Positions 47,697-57,731 of a stretch of 64,000 bases of DNA are shown in pieces. The stretch is from Candidatus Omnitrophota bacterium (GTDB lineage: Bacteria; Omnitrophota; Gorgyraeia; Gorgyraeales; Gorgyraeaceae). Under the pieces are notes generated by a model. That model was not told where the DNA came from. It searched no databases and saw only the letters and a program-made list of their open reading frames with translations. The stretch spans positions 2,620-66,619 of the forward strand of contig JAUSEX010000031.1 in assembly GCA_030649895.1 (NCBI GenBank), read 5' to 3'. Made by a program: the position numbers and the translations under genes. How positions within the stretch are numbered: position 1 is the stretch's first letter; each line of letters opens with the position of its first letter.

Positions 47697-50600
47697 GGAT
47701 GGTGGTTATCGTATGAACAGCTGGACAGCAAAATTTAAGAATAAAATATATGCGTTCGAAAAGATATTCAAGCAAAAAAGGACAAGCTTTCGCACGATAT
47801 ATAATGGTACCTTAAGGCTCTTTCTGGATGAAAATAATAGGCTTAGGATATATTATAAAGACAATGAGCTTACAAAAGTCTCCGGTTTGAATACTAACAT
47901 ATTATCCGAAGCTAATTGGCATAGTTCGCTTGACTCTATAGTTAATAATATAGAAAAACTATCTTCTGAAGAGATGATTATCCATTTGAAGCATAGTCAG
48001 CTTCCTCTTGTGCAAGCTTGGCATCTGAAATGCAACTCAGAAGATACGCTTAGCTGGGAAGTAAATATGCATATAAAAAAACCGTTACGTATAGATTGTA
48101 TGAAAGCATCCTTGTTCTTATCCAAAGCTTATGAGGATTGGATAATTCCTGCCAAACAAGATACATTTCCTCCTTTTTCTGATTTTCAATGGAAAAGTAT
48201 GAATTCTTTTGAAGATAAAGCCGGCTTCATAGGCCTTGCTTCTTCCTTAGAAGAATTTCCTGGCATGTCTCTTAAAAGTTCTGATAACTCAAAAGCTTCA
48301 TTAATAATCCAAAATACCGATATAAATCTTTCTTCCCGTGTTCTTGAAATTCAATGCGAAGATAAAAAAGAATTCTACCAGCCCGGCACCTACTCTTTTC
48401 TTAAGGCCACAATACAGTTTTATCCTGATAAGAATGTTTTAAAAAATATTCTCAAAGAAATAAAGGAGCAGGAACAAAAGAAGCAGGACGAGCTAATGCT
48501 TCAAGAAGAAGAGCGCCTCAAAAAAGCCAAAGAGGAAGACCATAAGCTCCGCACCCTTCAAAGCGGCCCCTTTAGGCTCCATATAGACCAGCATAACAGG
48601 TTTCACCTCTATTATAAAGAACAAGAGCTTACCAAAGGAGTTGGTATTAATATGGGAATACTCTCTGAAGGTAATTGGTATGCTGCCTGTGATTCCAGAA
48701 TTGAAATAAAAAGGCCGTCTTCTAATAAGATGCTTGTACAGTTTATTTACAATAAGCTTCCTGTTATTTGCTCATGGCAGATAGATTTTAAGCCGGAAGG
48801 CGTGTTTACCTGGGTCATTGATATATCTTTTAAAGAATCTCTACGCATAGATCGAAGCAATGTTTCTTTATTCTTATCCAAATCTTACGATAATTGGATT
48901 GCTCCTCCTGAAGAAGGGAGTTTCAGCTCTTCATTCGGCCCAGGGTGGCAAAGGATGAATACTCACAAAGACAATGCTGAATTTACCGGATTATATTCTT
49001 CTTCAGAAGAATTTCCGGATGTGATTTGTAAAAGCTCAAAGGATTCAAAAGCTTCATTAATAATCCAAAATACCGATATAAATCTTTCTTCCCGTGTTCT
49101 TGAAATTCAATGCGAAGATAAAAAAGAATTCTACCAGCCCGGCACCTACCCTTTTCTTAAGGCCACAATACAGTTTTATCCTGATAAGAATGTTTTAAAA
49201 AATATTCTCAAAGAAATAAAGGAGCAGGAACGAAAGAAGCAGGAACAGGAACAAAAACGGCTTCAAGAATTAGAAAGGCTTAGACAGGAAGAAGAAAGGC
49301 TTAAGCAGGAACAGGAACAGAAGAAACAGGAAGAAAATCACAAACAGAATGAATTTAAAAAAATATACATGTTATTAAAAGAAGACGAAAAAGATTTTCC
49401 ATTAATCGAGGATAATGATGTGTATGTATATGGAGACTGCGAAGACTTGCATGACAAAATTGCTTCTCAACAAGGAAATTTTAATAATCTCATTTCAAGA
49501 ATAGAGACAGCCAAAAAAAAAGGTTTAAAGGTTAATATAAAAATAGGCGTATCGAAATTTAATTTTTTTAAGCTAGACACTATTATTCAATTTTATTCTA
49601 GATTGCTAAATAGCCGCATAGACCTGCGTTCTGTTTCTTTGAATTTTTTACCCGCAAAGAATATTTTTTATTATTTCGCCGAGTATATAAAACAATTAAA
49701 TATGCAGCTCGAATCGAGTAATATAGGGCTTTTCTTAAGAGACAAAGAGTTGCCCGGCCTTCTTTGGGCTATTTCTAGCCAAGCAGATCAATATAATGAG
49801 AAAGATTTATTGCGATTATTGGGAGTTATAACGGAGCACGCCTTTATTGGACCTCAAACTATCGTTCTAGATATTAATCATAGCTGTAATACTAATTGTA
49901 TACATTGTTGGATCCATACGCCAAAGCGTAAGGCCTCTCTACAGCTTAGTAATTTAAAGATGGACATCTCTTTATATAAAAATATTATTGATGATGCGGC
50001 AAATCTTTTATGTGACGAGATTATCATACAGGGAGATGGCGAGCCTCTTCTAGACGATAGATTTTTAGAAATGACCTGTTATGCGCGGGATAAGGGATTA
50101 AAAGTTTTATTTTTTACGAATGGCATACTTTTGGATAAAGAAAAAGCCGGTAGAATAATAGACTTGGAAGTAAACGAGATATTCTGCAGCCTTCCTGCAG
50201 GAACAGATAAGACTTATGCCTTGGTTAATCCGGGGCATTCAAAGGATACCTTTCATCATATAGCAGCGAATTTAAAAAATTTAAGCTTGATGAGAAAAAA
50301 ATCAGGAAAAAACAAACCATTATTACAAATGTCCCATGTTATCCATAACCTGAATTATCATGAGTTAGAAGAAATGGCTGAATTGGACGCTTATATAGGA
50401 GCGGATAAAACAAGATTTTATCTTGCCCGCTTAGATGAGAATATAGATTTTTTAAAATTAAGCCCTAGACATATTAAGATAATAAAAGAATCCCTAAAAA
50501 AGACAGCGCCCTATTTAAAAAGCAAGCACGTAGAATTACAAGACAATATATATTTTCAGCTAGAAAACTATAACTCTACAACAGGTTATTGGTCTAAAAA

Positions 50601-50910
50601 TGCGTTTTTAAAGTCTGGCTGTCCGGTGGGATGGTTTTTTTCTTTAATATTAGCCAAGGGTGAAGTAAGCATTTGCTGTCATTTGCGCGTTGTTGATCAT
50701 TTAAAACTCAAATCTTTTGAAGATATATGGAAATCTGAATCTTATAATAAATTCAGAAGTCAAGCCAAGTATTTAGCAAAAAACAAAAATATTGTTTTTA
50801 ACAATAATATGAAACTATATGATGAATTTTGCAATCATTGCGATACTCATCAGGTTATTTTAAGGATTTATGACTTGCTTCAAAAGTATAATCTGCATAA
50901 ATTTTTATAA
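47689..50910 (+). CDS. giant multidomain radical SAM/SPASM protein (2 novel bipartite modules + E/K/Q-rich coiled coil + rSAM core)
   Basis: 1073 aa. The N-terminal half has two copies of the Wzt-type module. A KEQEQKKQ.../RLQELERLRQEEERLKQEQEQKKQEE linker follows. The C-terminus carries CNTNCIHC (CxxxCxxC), GDGEPLL, and a Cys-rich tail (CPVGW...ICCH, CNHCD). Confidence 0.8.
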   Translation: MNEDGGYRMNSWTAKFKNKIYAFEKIFKQKRTSFRTIYNGTLRLFLDENNRLRIYYKDNELTKVSGLNTNILSEANWHSSLDSIVNNIEKLSSEEMIIHLKHSQLPLVQAWHLKCNSEDTLSWEVNMHIKKPLRIDCMKASLFLSKAYEDWIIPAKQDTFPPFSDFQWKSMNSFEDKAGFIGLASSLEEFPGMSLKSSDNSKASLIIQNTDINLSSRVLEIQCEDKKEFYQPGTYSFLKATIQFYPDKNVLKNILKEIKEQEQKKQDELMLQEEERLKKAKEEDHKLRTLQSGPFRLHIDQHNRFHLYYKEQELTKGVGINMGILSEGNWYAACDSRIEIKRPSSNKMLVQFIYNKLPVICSWQIDFKPEGVFTWVIDISFKESLRIDRSNVSLFLSKSYDNWIAPPEEGSFSSSFGPGWQRMNTHKDNAEFTGLYSSSEEFPDVICKSSKDSKASLIIQNTDINLSSRVLEIQCEDKKEFYQPGTYPFLKATIQFYPDKNVLKNILKEIKEQERKKQEQEQKRLQELERLRQEEERLKQEQEQKKQEENHKQNEFKKIYMLLKEDEKDFPLIEDNDVYVYGDCEDLHDKIASQQGNFNNLISRIETAKKKGLKVNIKIGVSKFNFFKLDTIIQFYSRLLNSRIDLRSVSLNFLPAKNIFYYFAEYIKQLNMQLESSNIGLFLRDKELPGLLWAISSQADQYNEKDLLRLLGVITEHAFIGPQTIVLDINHSCNTNCIHCWIHTPKRKASLQLSNLKMDISLYKNIIDDAANLLCDEIIIQGDGEPLLDDRFLEMTCYARDKGLKVLFFTNGILLDKEKAGRIIDLEVNEIFCSLPAGTDKTYALVNPGHSKDTFHHIAANLKNLSLMRKKSGKNKPLLQMSHVIHNLNYHELEEMAELDAYIGADKTRFYLARLDENIDFLKLSPRHIKIIKESLKKTAPYLKSKHVELQDNIYFQLENYNSTTGYWSKNAFLKSGCPVGWFFSLILAKGEVSICCHLRVVDHLKLKSFEDIWKSESYNKFRSQAKYLAKNKNIVFNNNMKLYDEFCNHCDTHQVILRIYDLLQKYNLHKFL
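48290..48477 (+). repeat. intragenic near-identical direct repeat, copy 1 (copy 2 at 49046-49233)
   Basis: The two 188-nt copies differ at 2 positions (756-bp period). Flanking module sequence has diverged to ~50% amino-acid identity. Confidence 0.85.
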
Positions 50911-50922
50911 AGGATTTTAGCT

Positions 50923-53115
50923 ATGAAAATAGTCCTTGCTAATTTGCCATGGAATAGTTTTGGAAAAGTAGGGGTTCGGGCAGGTTCGAGATGGCCGCAT
51001 TTAAAAGGCCGTACTGAAAAGCATTATTTACCTTTTCCTTTTTTCTTGGCGTATACGGCAGCTTTGCTTAAAGAAAATGATTTTGACGTGAAGTTGATTG
51101 ATGCTATTGCCGAGAAAAGATCGTATAAGGGGTTTTTGGGCGACATAAAAAAACTTAAGCCGCGCATCCTTATCTGCGAAACTTCAACGGTTACCTTGGA
51201 GCATGATATAAAATTTTTAGAAAAGATAAAGAAAGAGGTTTCGGGTATTTTTTTTGTAATTTGCGGCCCTGATATCAATATAAGGCAACCTGCTTTTCTT
51301 GAAAAATATAGATTTATAGACGCTGTCCTTGCCGGAGAATACGAATTTACAGTTCTTGACTTGGTCAGGTGCATCCGGGAAAATAAGGAGTTAAATAATA
51401 CGCCGGGCATTATATATCGCGATTCAAATAATGTTAAGGTTAATCCATTCCGCCCCCTGATTAACCTGGATAAATTGCCATGGCCATTGAGAAAAGGGCT
51501 GCCTATGGGCATGTATAATGATACGCCAGGGGATATGCCTATACCGTCAGCGCAAATGCTTGCCAGCCGCGGTTGCCCTTATAGATGCAAATTCTGTCTT
51601 TGGCCTCAAGTTATGTATCAAAGCAATAGTTACAGGGCCAGGGATATAATTGACGTGGTGGATGAAATGGAATATTTAATAAAAGAGATGCATTTTAAAT
51701 CAATATATTTTGATGACGATACTTTCAATGTGGGCAAGGGTCGGATGTTAAAGTTGTGCGATGAGATAAAAAAGCGGAAGCTGGATATTCCTTGGGCAAT
51801 AATGGCAAGGGCTGATTTGATGGATAGGGAAATTTTAGAAAAAATGAGAGAGACAGGATTATTTGCGGTTAAGTATGGAGTAGAATCTGCGTCACAAGAA
51901 CTTTTGGATAATATAAATAAGAATATGGATATTAAGAAAACAGAAGAAATTATAAGGCTTACAAAGAAGCTGGGCATTAAAACTCATTTGACGTTTACAT
52001 TCGGCCTTCCCGGCGAAACTAAAGAAACTATACGAAAAACAATAGATTTTGCGTTAAGATTAGACCCTGCTACTATCCAATTTTCCATAGCTACGCCTTT
52101 TCCAGGGACATCTTTTTATGAAGAGATGATGGCGAAAGGCCATATTATTTCCGAAAATTGGACAGAGTATGACGGGAATCATAAAAGCGTCATAGGTTTA
52201 CCTGATACCACAAAAAAAGACCTTGAATTTGCCATAAGGTCTGCTTATAAAGAGTGGGCTGTTCATTGTTCTAGAAGAAATACATTTAAGAAATTAGGTT
52301 ATTACCAGTTAATGTCAAAATCATTAAAGGTGCATGGAATTTTTATAACATTTTTTAAGATTATAAGATTTTTAACACGATATTTGTTTCTATATCTCAA
52401 AGAAAAAATATTTTTTAAAAAAGAGATAGAAAATAAGACAAAAGAAAATGGCCTTAAAATCGGCAGATTAATATTAATATTTAATGGCAACGGCCTGGTA
52501 TTGTATTGGGATGATATGCGGTTGACGAAAGGAGAAGGTTTCGCAAGTTTATTTAGTTTTCAAGGAAAATTATCGCAAAAACTTTTTAATCAATGTTGGA
52601 ATTTTGAAAGGGTAAATAATAATGAGCTGTTACTTACAAGGAGCCAAGATGGCGTTGGTATGGATGAGACATGGAGGCTGAAGATTATAGATGAAAAGCA
52701 GATTGATTGGGAGATAGAGATTAATTTAAAGAATGAAATTGAATTTAGCGCCAAAAAGGCCATGCTTATTTTGTCAAGCAGGTATCGTACGTGGATAGAT
52801 AGCTGGGGCGAAGGCAGGTTCTATCCTATGACAGATTATAGAAATGTAGAATTAAGAAATCCTAGCACCGGTTTTATAGGGTTAAGAGGGCGCAAAAAAC
52901 TAAAAGGCCAACTGCCAACTATCTTGCTGGAATTATCAGGAAATAATGGCAGCTATTTACCTTTTATCAAAAATGCCAAGTCGATTTTTGGCGCCAGGGT
53001 GCTTGAGGCGCAGATAAAAAACTTCAACGGGCATGGTGAAAAATATTTGCCTGGCGCATATAAATTATTTTCTGGAAGAATAAAGATTGTAGAAGAAGAT
53101 TTTAGCAAGAGATAA
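50923..53115 (+). CDS. B12-binding radical SAM protein fused to a C-terminal novel bipartite module
   Basis: 730 aa. N-terminal 470 aa is paralogous to the 19904 gene (CPYRCKFC). The C-terminal ~220 aa (from GRLILIFNGNGLVLYWDD...) matches the Wzt/giant-rSAM module. Confidence 0.85.
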   Translation: MKIVLANLPWNSFGKVGVRAGSRWPHLKGRTEKHYLPFPFFLAYTAALLKENDFDVKLIDAIAEKRSYKGFLGDIKKLKPRILICETSTVTLEHDIKFLEKIKKEVSGIFFVICGPDINIRQPAFLEKYRFIDAVLAGEYEFTVLDLVRCIRENKELNNTPGIIYRDSNNVKVNPFRPLINLDKLPWPLRKGLPMGMYNDTPGDMPIPSAQMLASRGCPYRCKFCLWPQVMYQSNSYRARDIIDVVDEMEYLIKEMHFKSIYFDDDTFNVGKGRMLKLCDEIKKRKLDIPWAIMARADLMDREILEKMRETGLFAVKYGVESASQELLDNINKNMDIKKTEEIIRLTKKLGIKTHLTFTFGLPGETKETIRKTIDFALRLDPATIQFSIATPFPGTSFYEEMMAKGHIISENWTEYDGNHKSVIGLPDTTKKDLEFAIRSAYKEWAVHCSRRNTFKKLGYYQLMSKSLKVHGIFITFFKIIRFLTRYLFLYLKEKIFFKKEIENKTKENGLKIGRLILIFNGNGLVLYWDDMRLTKGEGFASLFSFQGKLSQKLFNQCWNFERVNNNELLLTRSQDGVGMDETWRLKIIDEKQIDWEIEINLKNEIEFSAKKAMLILSSRYRTWIDSWGEGRFYPMTDYRNVELRNPSTGFIGLRGRKKLKGQLPTILLELSGNNGSYLPFIKNAKSIFGARVLEAQIKNFNGHGEKYLPGAYKLFSGRIKIVEEDFSKR

Positions 53116-53119
53116 TGAT

Positions 53120-54379
53120 ATGAAAAATATTTTCTATAATTGCACTAACGTTTTTAGAATTAAAAGGCTTTTTGGGAACTATATTGATACTATTAGTGTT
53201 TTTGACGGCTTATACGCATATAGAGGCCCTGGTTTCGCACAGATAGATTTAACGAACAACTGCAATAATGATTGCATAGGCTGTTGGTGTAATTCCCCTC
53301 TTTTGGAGGAAAAAAAGATTGATCCTGAGATAAAAAAACAAAGCCTTCCTTTCAAAAGGGTTATAAAGTTGATAGATGAGCTCTATAAAATGGGGGCTAG
53401 CCACATATATTATGCGGGTGGAGGAGAACCATTTATGCATCCTCAGATTATGGATATTCTCAGATATACAAAAAAGAAAGGGTTTACATGCTATGTTAAT
53501 ACGAATTTTACTTTAGTTGATGAAAAGGCCGTGAAAGAGTTAGTGGGTTTAAAAATAGATCATTTGACCGTGAGCGTTTGGGCAGGAACGCCGCAAGTTT
53601 ATTCTACCACTCACCCTAGTAAAAACGAAGATACGTTTTATAAAATAAAAGAAATGTTGAAGTTGCTAAATACGATTAAGCATAAATATCCTATAATAAA
53701 ACTTTATAATGTTATTTTCAATATGAACTATCATAGCATAGAAACAATGGTTGAGTTTGCTGCCCAAACTGGTTCGGAAACAGTAGAATTTACCGTTATA
53801 GATACGATACCAGGAAAAACGGATAAATTATTACTAAACGACAAAGAGGCGCGCAGTTTGCTTGATGACTGCGGAAGATTAAAGGAAAAATACGGAGATT
53901 TTAAAAATAATGTTCAATTGCTGGGATTTGAGCAATTTATGCGCAGGATTTCAAATATTGATGCTGTATCTGCGGAATATGATTCAAACATTATAGGGAA
54001 GATACCTTGCTATGCAGGGTGGGCATTTGTAAGGATATTAGCGGATGGCAATGTTAATTCATGCCTTAAGTCGCATAGATTTCCGGTTGGAAATATACTT
54101 GGCCAGGATTTTCGTAAGATTTGGAACGGTTCATTGCAGAGGCGTTTTAGGGAGAAAACAGCGGAGTTTAAACAAGGAGATTCTTTCTTTTCCTTGATCG
54201 GCAATGACCCTGATTCTAATATGGGTTGCTATAAAAGCTGTGATAATATAGGACATAACATGAATATGCACGGCAAATTTACTTCACTTAATAAATTAGA
54301 GAGAAATGCCTTAAAAGGCATAGCTAATATCATGAAAACCATAAGGAAAATCAAGGAGGCGGCAAATGGCAGAAACTAA
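53120..54379 (+). CDS. radical SAM/SPASM-domain protein
   Basis: 419 aa. CNNDCIGC (CxxxCxxC), AGGGEPFMH, and a C-terminal Cys cluster (CYAGW...CLKSH, CYKSCDNIGH). Confidence 0.8.
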   Translation: MKNIFYNCTNVFRIKRLFGNYIDTISVFDGLYAYRGPGFAQIDLTNNCNNDCIGCWCNSPLLEEKKIDPEIKKQSLPFKRVIKLIDELYKMGASHIYYAGGGEPFMHPQIMDILRYTKKKGFTCYVNTNFTLVDEKAVKELVGLKIDHLTVSVWAGTPQVYSTTHPSKNEDTFYKIKEMLKLLNTIKHKYPIIKLYNVIFNMNYHSIETMVEFAAQTGSETVEFTVIDTIPGKTDKLLLNDKEARSLLDDCGRLKEKYGDFKNNVQLLGFEQFMRRISNIDAVSAEYDSNIIGKIPCYAGWAFVRILADGNVNSCLKSHRFPVGNILGQDFRKIWNGSLQRRFREKTAEFKQGDSFFSLIGNDPDSNMGCYKSCDNIGHNMNMHGKFTSLNKLERNALKGIANIMKTIRKIKEAANGRN

Positions 54380-54537
54380 TTTACAAAAGTTTGTTAAACA
54401 TTGCAAGGCAGGCGGGTTATTTTATGCTATTAGTAGAGGCGTTAAATATGTAACTTGGCGCAATAAATGTAAAAAAATGGGTATAGACTGTGGAAAATTC
54501 AGCAGAGAAAGATAGCTGTATTAAAAAAAGGTGATTT

Positions 54538-55587
54538 TTGGAATATCTTAAAGAGTTGCTCGGGACTAAAAAATGTTTCGATAGAAAGATATTGGAATTT
54601 TCCTGTTTTGGCATAACTGATGATTGTATCTTAAAATGCAAGATGTGCCATAAATGGAAAGAGGATATATTTATTAAAAAAAAGGCAAAGATCCCCTCTT
54701 TGAAAGATTGGAAGAATTGCGTTAGTTCTATTAGGGGCATCACTGATGATTCTTTTCAGATAAACTTTGGCGGAGGAGAGCCATTTTTAAATAAAGATAT
54801 CTTGGAATTAGTCAGGTTCTGTAAATCAAAAAACTTTAAGACAAATATAGCTACTAATGGATATCTTATAGATCAAGAGATGGCTAAAAAGATAGCGGAT
54901 TCCGGATTGGACAGCGTTATCTTATCATTAGATAGTCTGGATGAAAATACGCATGATTATTTGAGAGGCGTAAAGGGTGTTTTTAGCAGAGTCATGGATG
55001 GCATGGCGCATCTCGATAAATATTGTAACGGTATTTATAAGGGCATATGCTGCGCGATATATGAAAAGAACTTAGATGGCATATTGAATCTTATGGAGTG
55101 GGTAGATAATGATTCCAGAATAAATTCCATTTATTTCATGGCTTGCATGCAGCCGAATAATACTCTGGTAGATCCGGGGTGGCATAAAAAAGATGAATTT
55201 AATTTTCTTTGGCCGAAAGATTCAAAAAAGATCTCTGGTGTAATAGACAAGCTTATAGAGCATAAAAAAAATAATTCCAAAATAACCAATCAAATTTGTC
55301 AATTAGAAGCATTTAAGTTATACTACCGGTGTCCGGAGAAATTTGTCAAGAATACAAAATGCAATATGGATAGAGCTGTTCATATCAGTTCTTGCGGCGA
55401 TATATTTCTTTGCTATAGATGGCCTTTATTAGGCAATATTCAGACAGATGATCTAGCCGAGGTCCTGGGCTCAGAAAAAGCCGGGCGTATAAAGCAAGAT
55501 ATAGCCGGCTGTAAAGATAACTGCCATTTTTTGCTTAATTGTTTTTTTAAAGATGAATATCCTTTTGAATCAGAAACCAAAAAATAA
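54538..55587 (+). CDS. radical SAM/SPASM-like protein, paralog 3
   Basis: 349 aa. FSCFGITDDCILKCKMCHKW, GGGEPFL, AGCKDNCHFLLNCFF. Confidence 0.8.
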   Translation: MEYLKELLGTKKCFDRKILEFSCFGITDDCILKCKMCHKWKEDIFIKKKAKIPSLKDWKNCVSSIRGITDDSFQINFGGGEPFLNKDILELVRFCKSKNFKTNIATNGYLIDQEMAKKIADSGLDSVILSLDSLDENTHDYLRGVKGVFSRVMDGMAHLDKYCNGIYKGICCAIYEKNLDGILNLMEWVDNDSRINSIYFMACMQPNNTLVDPGWHKKDEFNFLWPKDSKKISGVIDKLIEHKKNNSKITNQICQLEAFKLYYRCPEKFVKNTKCNMDRAVHISSCGDIFLCYRWPLLGNIQTDDLAEVLGSEKAGRIKQDIAGCKDNCHFLLNCFFKDEYPFESETKK

Positions 55588-55610
55588 ATTATATACGAAA
55601 GGAATTTTAA

Positions 55611-56669
55611 ATGAAAAGCAATGTTAAGAATAGCCTTACAAGGCAAGATGTGCCTGCGGTATTAAAACCAGGTTTTTGCTGTATAGGTATCGTTGATACG
55701 TGTATGTTAAAATGCCAGATGTGCCACAAATGGCAGGATGATCCTGGCACCATTGGTTTTTCTCAGCCTACTACTGACGAGTGGAAAATGTTTATCAGGC
55801 AGTTAAGAGACTTGGTGGATGAAGGGTTTGAGATTGATTTTGGAGGCGGGGAAGCTTTGATGAGAAATGATGTTTTGGATCTGGTATCTTATGCCAAGAG
55901 TTTAGGGTTTAGAAACGCCATAGCTTCAAATGGCTACCTTATTAATGAAGACATGGCAAAAAGGATAGTGGATTCCGGGTTAGACAGCATAGTTTTATCA
56001 TTAGACAGCTTAAAACCCGAGGTCCATGATCGAATGCGCGGTGTAAAAGGCGTTACAGAAAGGGTATTTAAGGCTATTGAATTCTTAAGAAAATATTCAA
56101 AAGATATACACATAGGGATATGCACGATAATAATGGAACAGAGCCTTGGCGGCATTATAGACTTGGCTGAATGGGTAAATACTAATAGGGACAAGATGAA
56201 CTCGATTCTTTTTATGGCTCCCATGCAGCAAAATAATACGCCTTTTGATCCTGGATGGTTCAAGAAAACAGAATATAATTTTATATGGCCAAAAGACAAT
56301 AAAAAAACCCAGAATGTCCTTGATGAGTTAATAAGACGCAGAAAATTGGGACATTGGATAGGCGATTCAGTGGTGCAATTAGAGGCTTTTAAAGCATATT
56401 TTGAAAACCCTGCCAGGTTTGTGAAAAAAAGCCCTTGCAATCTGGACAGGGCTATACATGCGAGTTCCATTGGTGATGTATTCTTTTGTTATCGTTACGG
56501 CCTTTTAGGCAATATAAAAAATGGGGATGATATAAGGGAAATATGGCATTCAGGATCAGCCGACAGGGTCAGGACTGATATTAAAAAATGCCAGCATAAT
56601 TGCCACTTTTTGCTTAACTGTTTTTTTGAAGGCGATTATCCCTTTACGGTAGGAGGAGAGGGGGGTTGA
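55611..56669 (+). CDS. radical SAM/SPASM-like protein, paralog 4
   Basis: 352 aa. FCCIGIVDTCMLKCQMCHKW, GGGEALM, KKCQHNCHFLLNCFF. Confidence 0.8.
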   Translation: MKSNVKNSLTRQDVPAVLKPGFCCIGIVDTCMLKCQMCHKWQDDPGTIGFSQPTTDEWKMFIRQLRDLVDEGFEIDFGGGEALMRNDVLDLVSYAKSLGFRNAIASNGYLINEDMAKRIVDSGLDSIVLSLDSLKPEVHDRMRGVKGVTERVFKAIEFLRKYSKDIHIGICTIIMEQSLGGIIDLAEWVNTNRDKMNSILFMAPMQQNNTPFDPGWFKKTEYNFIWPKDNKKTQNVLDELIRRRKLGHWIGDSVVQLEAFKAYFENPARFVKKSPCNLDRAIHASSIGDVFFCYRYGLLGNIKNGDDIREIWHSGSADRVRTDIKKCQHNCHFLLNCFFEGDYPFTVGGEGG

Positions 56670-56670
56670 A

Positions 56671-57717
56671 ATGCCTGATTCTTGCGAAGTAAGATCGGAG
56701 AAAGAAACTTTAAATGAAAAAAATGTTCTAAAACCCAGTTTTTGCTGTGTAGCTGCTACGGATTATTGTATGTTACGCTGCAAGATGTGCAATAAGTGGC
56801 ATGAACCTGCCCCAAAGAAAGAGGAGTTGCCTTCTTTGGATGAGTGGAAAAATTTTATAGCCGGTTTTAGAGAATTGGTAGACGAAGGTTTTGAAATGGA
56901 TTTTGGGGGAGGCGAGGCGTTATCGATGCCAGGCATATTGGATTTAGTAAAATTTGCAAAACTAAAAGGGTTTAGGACAACTATGGCTTCAAATGGGTAT
57001 CTTATTGATATGGATATGGCTAAGAGAATCGCAGATGCAGGATTAGATGCCGTAAGCTTGTCTTTAGATAGCTATAACCCTGAGGTTCACGATAAAATGA
57101 GGGGAGTTAAAGGCGTTCATCAGCAGGTAATGAATGCTATAGATAATTTGACAAAATATTCTCCGCAAACAAGAAAAGGCCTTTGCTGTATTATCATGAA
57201 CGAAAATTTGGATGAAATCCTCAATCTTGTTGATTGGGCAAATGGCAATAAAAAAGTAGACTGGATATATTTTATGGTAGTAGTCCAGCCTAATTATAGC
57301 GGGCCGTTGACAGATAACTGGGTGGATGAGTATCAATATCTCTGGCCTAAAGATAAATCAAAGGTGCTTGCTGTTCTAGACGAGCTTATAATGCGAAAGA
57401 AAAATGGCTCCAAGGTAAGCAATAGGGTAGAGCATCTCAGGGCATACAAGGCGTATTTTAACAATCCGCAGAAATTAGTAAATAAGGCCAGATGCATTGT
57501 TGGCGGCAAGGCAATAAGCGTTAATGCTTATGGCTTTGTCCAACTCTGTCTTTTTAAGGATTTTATAGGAAATATAAGGCAGAATGATATCAGGGAATTA
57601 TGGCGTTCTCAGGATGCAAATTTAATAAGAAAAAAAGTAGATGAGTGCAAGACAAATTGTCATTTGCTTCTTAATTGTTGTTATATAGAAGATGAACCGT
57701 CTCTCTATTCGGATTAA
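56671..57717 (+). CDS. radical SAM/SPASM-like protein, paralog 5
   Basis: 348 aa. FCCVAATDYCMLRCKMCNKW, GGGEALS, DECKTNCHLLLNCCY. Separated from paralog 4 by 1 nt. Confidence 0.8.
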   Translation: MPDSCEVRSEKETLNEKNVLKPSFCCVAATDYCMLRCKMCNKWHEPAPKKEELPSLDEWKNFIAGFRELVDEGFEMDFGGGEALSMPGILDLVKFAKLKGFRTTMASNGYLIDMDMAKRIADAGLDAVSLSLDSYNPEVHDKMRGVKGVHQQVMNAIDNLTKYSPQTRKGLCCIIMNENLDEILNLVDWANGNKKVDWIYFMVVVQPNYSGPLTDNWVDEYQYLWPKDKSKVLAVLDELIMRKKNGSKVSNRVEHLRAYKAYFNNPQKLVNKARCIVGGKAISVNAYGFVQLCLFKDFIGNIRQNDIRELWRSQDANLIRKKVDECKTNCHLLLNCCYIEDEPSLYSD

Positions 57718-57731
57718 ATATCCTTGACCAG

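Noticed and set aside
48480-49330. K/E/Q-rich low-complexity stretches as separate genes or repeats of interest
   Set aside because: They are in-frame coiled-coil linkers within the 1073-aa ORF. The DNA-level repeat of interest is the 188-bp segment reported separately.
54380-54537. search for a RiPP precursor peptide in the only sizeable gap of the rSAM array
   Set aside because: The longest ORFs there are 9-12 aa (MLLVEALNM, MGIDCGKFSRER) with no leader-core features or RBS.
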